Source: a virus
Lineage: Duplodnaviria; Caudoviricetes
IMG/VR virus record: IMGVR_UViG_3300048578_000409
Span: 1 to 37,793 of that record
Length of the DNA: 37,793 bases
Direction: 5' to 3' (one strand)
Shown here: positions 35,642 through 37,793 of the stretch, piece by piece
Numbering within the stretch: the stretch's first letter is position 1
Layout: the number at the start of each line of letters is the position of its first letter
Notes under the pieces: model-generated
Databases searched by the model: none
What the model saw: only the letters and a program-made list of their open reading frames with translations
Told to the model about the DNA's origin: nothing
Made by a program: the position numbers and the translations under genes

Positions 35642-36040
35642 ATGCCTGAACCGACAAGCAGTGCAATGGCCGCCGGCGCGGTCTCGGCAATTCCTCTTAC
35701 CGTGGTCGGCGTCATCACCGGCGTCGATGCCTGGACCATGGGGGCGGCTTTCGTGGGGGCTTTGCTGGCCACCCGCAAGCTGGAACCGGTTGGCAAGGTG
35801 TGGGCGGTGCTTTCCATGATCTCGGTGGTGATTTTCGCCCTGCTCGTGGTCTGGAGCACGGCGGAGTGGTTGCCGAAATTCATGGGGCAGCCGGTAGAAC
35901 TTGGCACCGCCCGCTTCCTGCTGGCCTGGCTGGTTGGTCACTACGCCCAGACGACCCTGCTGCCCAATGGCGCCCGCCTGATCGATGCGGCGACCGGGCG
36001 CCTTACCCGGCTGCTGTCTGGCGGCGGGGGAGGGGAGTGA
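35642..36040 (+). CDS. Putative holin
   Basis: Several hydrophobic segments; AAGGAGG RBS; first gene of the lysis cassette. Confidence 0.7.
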   Translation: MPEPTSSAMAAGAVSAIPLTVVGVITGVDAWTMGAAFVGALLATRKLEPVGKVWAVLSMISVVIFALLVVWSTAEWLPKFMGQPVELGTARFLLAWLVGHYAQTTLLPNGARLIDAATGRLTRLLSGGGGGE

Positions 36041-36041
36041 T

Positions 36042-36317
36042 ATGGACATCATCCTCCAATCGGCATTGATCGTTGCCGTGACCCTGGTGGTGCTGCTCAC
36101 CATCCTGGTGGTCAATGACATGACCCACTTCACTTGCAACGTCGTCTCCGGCGCCTGGTGCTTTCTCGGCGCTGCTGCCGCAGCCCTCCTGGCGGCGTTG
36201 CTGTCTCAGCAGTTTATTGGAGAGGCTATGTTGGCCTTCGTGCTGGCCGTTGCCAGCGTTGTTGCCACCGACCGTCGCCGCTCCTGGCGGCGGTCGGGTC
36301 GCCGGAGGCGGGCATGA
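36042..36317 (+). CDS. Putative holin/antiholin
   Basis: Three hydrophobic helices and a highly basic C-terminus (DRRRSWRRSGRRRRA). Confidence 0.7.
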   Translation: MDIILQSALIVAVTLVVLLTILVVNDMTHFTCNVVSGAWCFLGAAAAALLAALLSQQFIGEAMLAFVLAVASVVATDRRRSWRRSGRRRRA

Positions 36318-36934
36318 TCACCGCCGCCATCCTCCGCCAGGTGATGCCACTCTCCGCCGGCCTGGCGGAAGTGTTTGCACGGCCGCTGACCACGGCATGC
36401 CAGCGCTTCGGCATTGTCGAGCCCCGCCACCTGGCCAGCTTTCTGGCCCAGGTGGCCCACGAATCCAGTGAGCTGCGGGTGCTGGAAGAGGGGCTGAACT
36501 ACAGGAGTGCCGACCGCATCTGCAAGGTATTCGGCAAGAAGCGCTTCCCGACCCTGGCCAGCGCCGCGCCCTACGTCGGCAATCCCAAGGCCCTGGCCAG
36601 CCGCGTCTATGCAGGTCGCCTGGGTAACGGCGACGAGGCAAGCGGCGACGGGTGGAAATATCGTGGCCGCGGTCTGATTCAGGTCACCGGCCTGGACAAC
36701 TACCTGCTCTGCGGCCTCGCCCTGGATCTTCCGCTCCTCGAGGAGCCTGACCAGCTGAAGCTGACCGAGCACGCCGCCGGCAGTGCCGCCTGGTACTGGT
36801 GGAACCGCAACCTCAACCCCCTGGCCAGCGATACCGATATCCGGGACGAAACCAGGGCCGTCAACGGCGGCAGCAACGGGCTGGAAGATCGGGAGCGCTA
36901 CTACGCCCGGGCCCGCCGGGCGCTCGACTGCTGA
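36314..36934 (+). CDS. Endolysin, glycoside hydrolase family 19
   Basis: FLAQVAHES..EEGLNY..GDGWKYRGRGLIQVTG..NY..AAWYW..VNGG.NGLEDR. Confidence 0.93.
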   Translation: MITAAILRQVMPLSAGLAEVFARPLTTACQRFGIVEPRHLASFLAQVAHESSELRVLEEGLNYRSADRICKVFGKKRFPTLASAAPYVGNPKALASRVYAGRLGNGDEASGDGWKYRGRGLIQVTGLDNYLLCGLALDLPLLEEPDQLKLTEHAAGSAAWYWWNRNLNPLASDTDIRDETRAVNGGSNGLEDRERYYARARRALDC

Positions 36935-36945
36935 AAGGAAAAGCC

Positions 36946-37434
36946 ATGCTCGAACTGCTCAAGCGCTTCATCCCGTCCCCCGTAGCGCTGCTGATGAACC
37001 TGGCCGGCCTCTCCCTTGCCGCAGGCGCCGCCTGGTGGGCCTGGAGCAGCCACCTCGATCACCAGCAGCAGATCGGTTACGACCGCGCCCAGAGCGAGAT
37101 ACGGGAAGCGACGCAACAGAAAGAGCGGGAAGACCGCGAGAAGGAGCAGGGCTGGGCCAGAAAACTGGAGGAAGCGAGAAATGATGCAACAAAACGAGAG
37201 CAAGACCTGGCGGCGGCTGCCGCTGCTTCTGCTGCCGCTGCTGGCCAGCTGCGCGGCACCGTCGCCCACCTACGTCAGCAGCTCGCCGGCGCTACCGCCG
37301 AAGCCTGCCGCACGACAGCCGATGCCGCCCTCGCCGTATTCGACTCGTGCGCGGAGCGATATCGAGAAGTGGCAGCAGCTGCTGACGGCCACGCCAGTGA
37401 CGTTAAAACCCTGACCGCCGCCTGGCCGGAGTAA
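36946..37434 (+). CDS. Rz-like i-spanin
   Basis: N-terminal transmembrane segment followed by a coiled coil; after the endolysin. Confidence 0.8.
   Translation: MLELLKRFIPSPVALLMNLAGLSLAAGAAWWAWSSHLDHQQQIGYDRAQSEIREATQQKEREDREKEQGWARKLEEARNDATKREQDLAAAAAASAAAAGQLRGTVAHLRQQLAGATAEACRTTADAALAVFDSCAERYREVAAAADGHASDVKTLTAAWPE
37181..37414 (+). CDS. Rz1-like o-spanin lipoprotein fully embedded in Rz (+1 frame)
   Basis: RRLPLLLLPLLASC lipobox, Pro-rich body, GGAGG upstream. Confidence 0.8.
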   Translation: MMQQNESKTWRRLPLLLLPLLASCAAPSPTYVSSSPALPPKPAARQPMPPSPYSTRARSDIEKWQQLLTATPVTLKP

Positions 37435-37437
37435 ATA

Positions 37438-37554
37438 ATGACTGCTCGCATCATCATCCTGGCCGAGGTACGGGCCCGGCGGAGTAGGGCGGGCCAGCTC
37501 TGCCCCGTCTGCCCCTTCCACTGCTGGGCCTGGTGGTGGGGGTGGTGCCGCTAG
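37438..37554 (+). CDS. 38-aa Cys/Trp-rich peptide (below the ORF-track cutoff)
   Basis: GGAG RBS; MTARIIILAEVRARRSRAGQLCPVCPFHCWAWWWGWCR. Confidence 0.45.
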   Translation: MTARIIILAEVRARRSRAGQLCPVCPFHCWAWWWGWCR

Positions 37555-37793
37555 GTCTCCAGGTAGCACCGCCAATCCTGCACCACCAGCTGCCGGAGAC
37601 CGTCGCCGGCATCCAACATCTCGAACCCCGTGAATCGCATCCAGTTGGCCCGCATCGATACCAAACGCGGGTCATACAGGATCGCCAGTACTCCCTCTTT
37701 GGTGACGTTCTGACGCAAGGTCAGAGCCGGAACATTCTGGAACTCCGTCACCCATTCCCCATCCAGCATCAATTCCCCCGTCAGCGGCGTCAT
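37551..37793 (-). CDS. Hypothetical prophage-end protein (start may lie beyond the window)
   Basis: LYDPRLVSM..MRFTGFE..QDWRC; convergent with the lysis cassette. Confidence 0.55.
   Translation of the reverse strand: MTPLTGELMLDGEWVTEFQNVPALTLRQNVTKEGVLAILYDPRLVSMRANWMRFTGFEMLDAGDGLRQLVVQDWRCYLET

Larger units (their letters stand above)
480..37793. mobile_element. Lambdoid/HK97-like siphoviral prophage; right boundary lies beyond the window
   Basis: Ordered integrase-xis, early left operon, cI/cro, replication, Q, HNH-terS-terL-portal-protease-capsid, tail and lysis modules. No second att copy recognised inside the window. Confidence 0.95.

Overview
GC-rich, Betaproteobacteria-like chromosome segment. 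Host smpB (1-447, minus) is followed by a near-complete lambdoid/HK97-type siphoviral prophage whose right att site is not visible in the window. The left arm (minus) carries a tyrosine integrase, a DUF4224 excisionase, a large ParB fused to an H-NS DNA-binding motif, SSB, a GNAT, an Rmf/CrpP-like gene, a DUF1566 gene and a PDZ-YbjQ moron. The immunity region has a cI lacking a peptidase domain, cro, and five shared ATCGCAATTGCG-type operators. The right arm carries CII, a primase-VirE helicase with an iteron origin, a Q-like gene, HNH/cos, HK97 head genes, a siphotail with a -1 frameshift chaperone, TipJ, an Mtd-like receptor-binding protein, holins, a GH19 endolysin and Rz/Rz1. Two signals stand out. 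(i) An Mtd-type diversity-generating-retroelement variable region keeps its G/C run and IMH-like site, but no avd, TR or RT is present in the window; a second possible CLec target (DUF1566) is also present. (ii) About 470 nt of densely structured non-coding sequence lies between cos and terS, with a minimal tRNA-like element and an IsrK/C4-like cloverleaf whose pairings are mutually exclusive. All family assignments come from motif recognition, not database searches.
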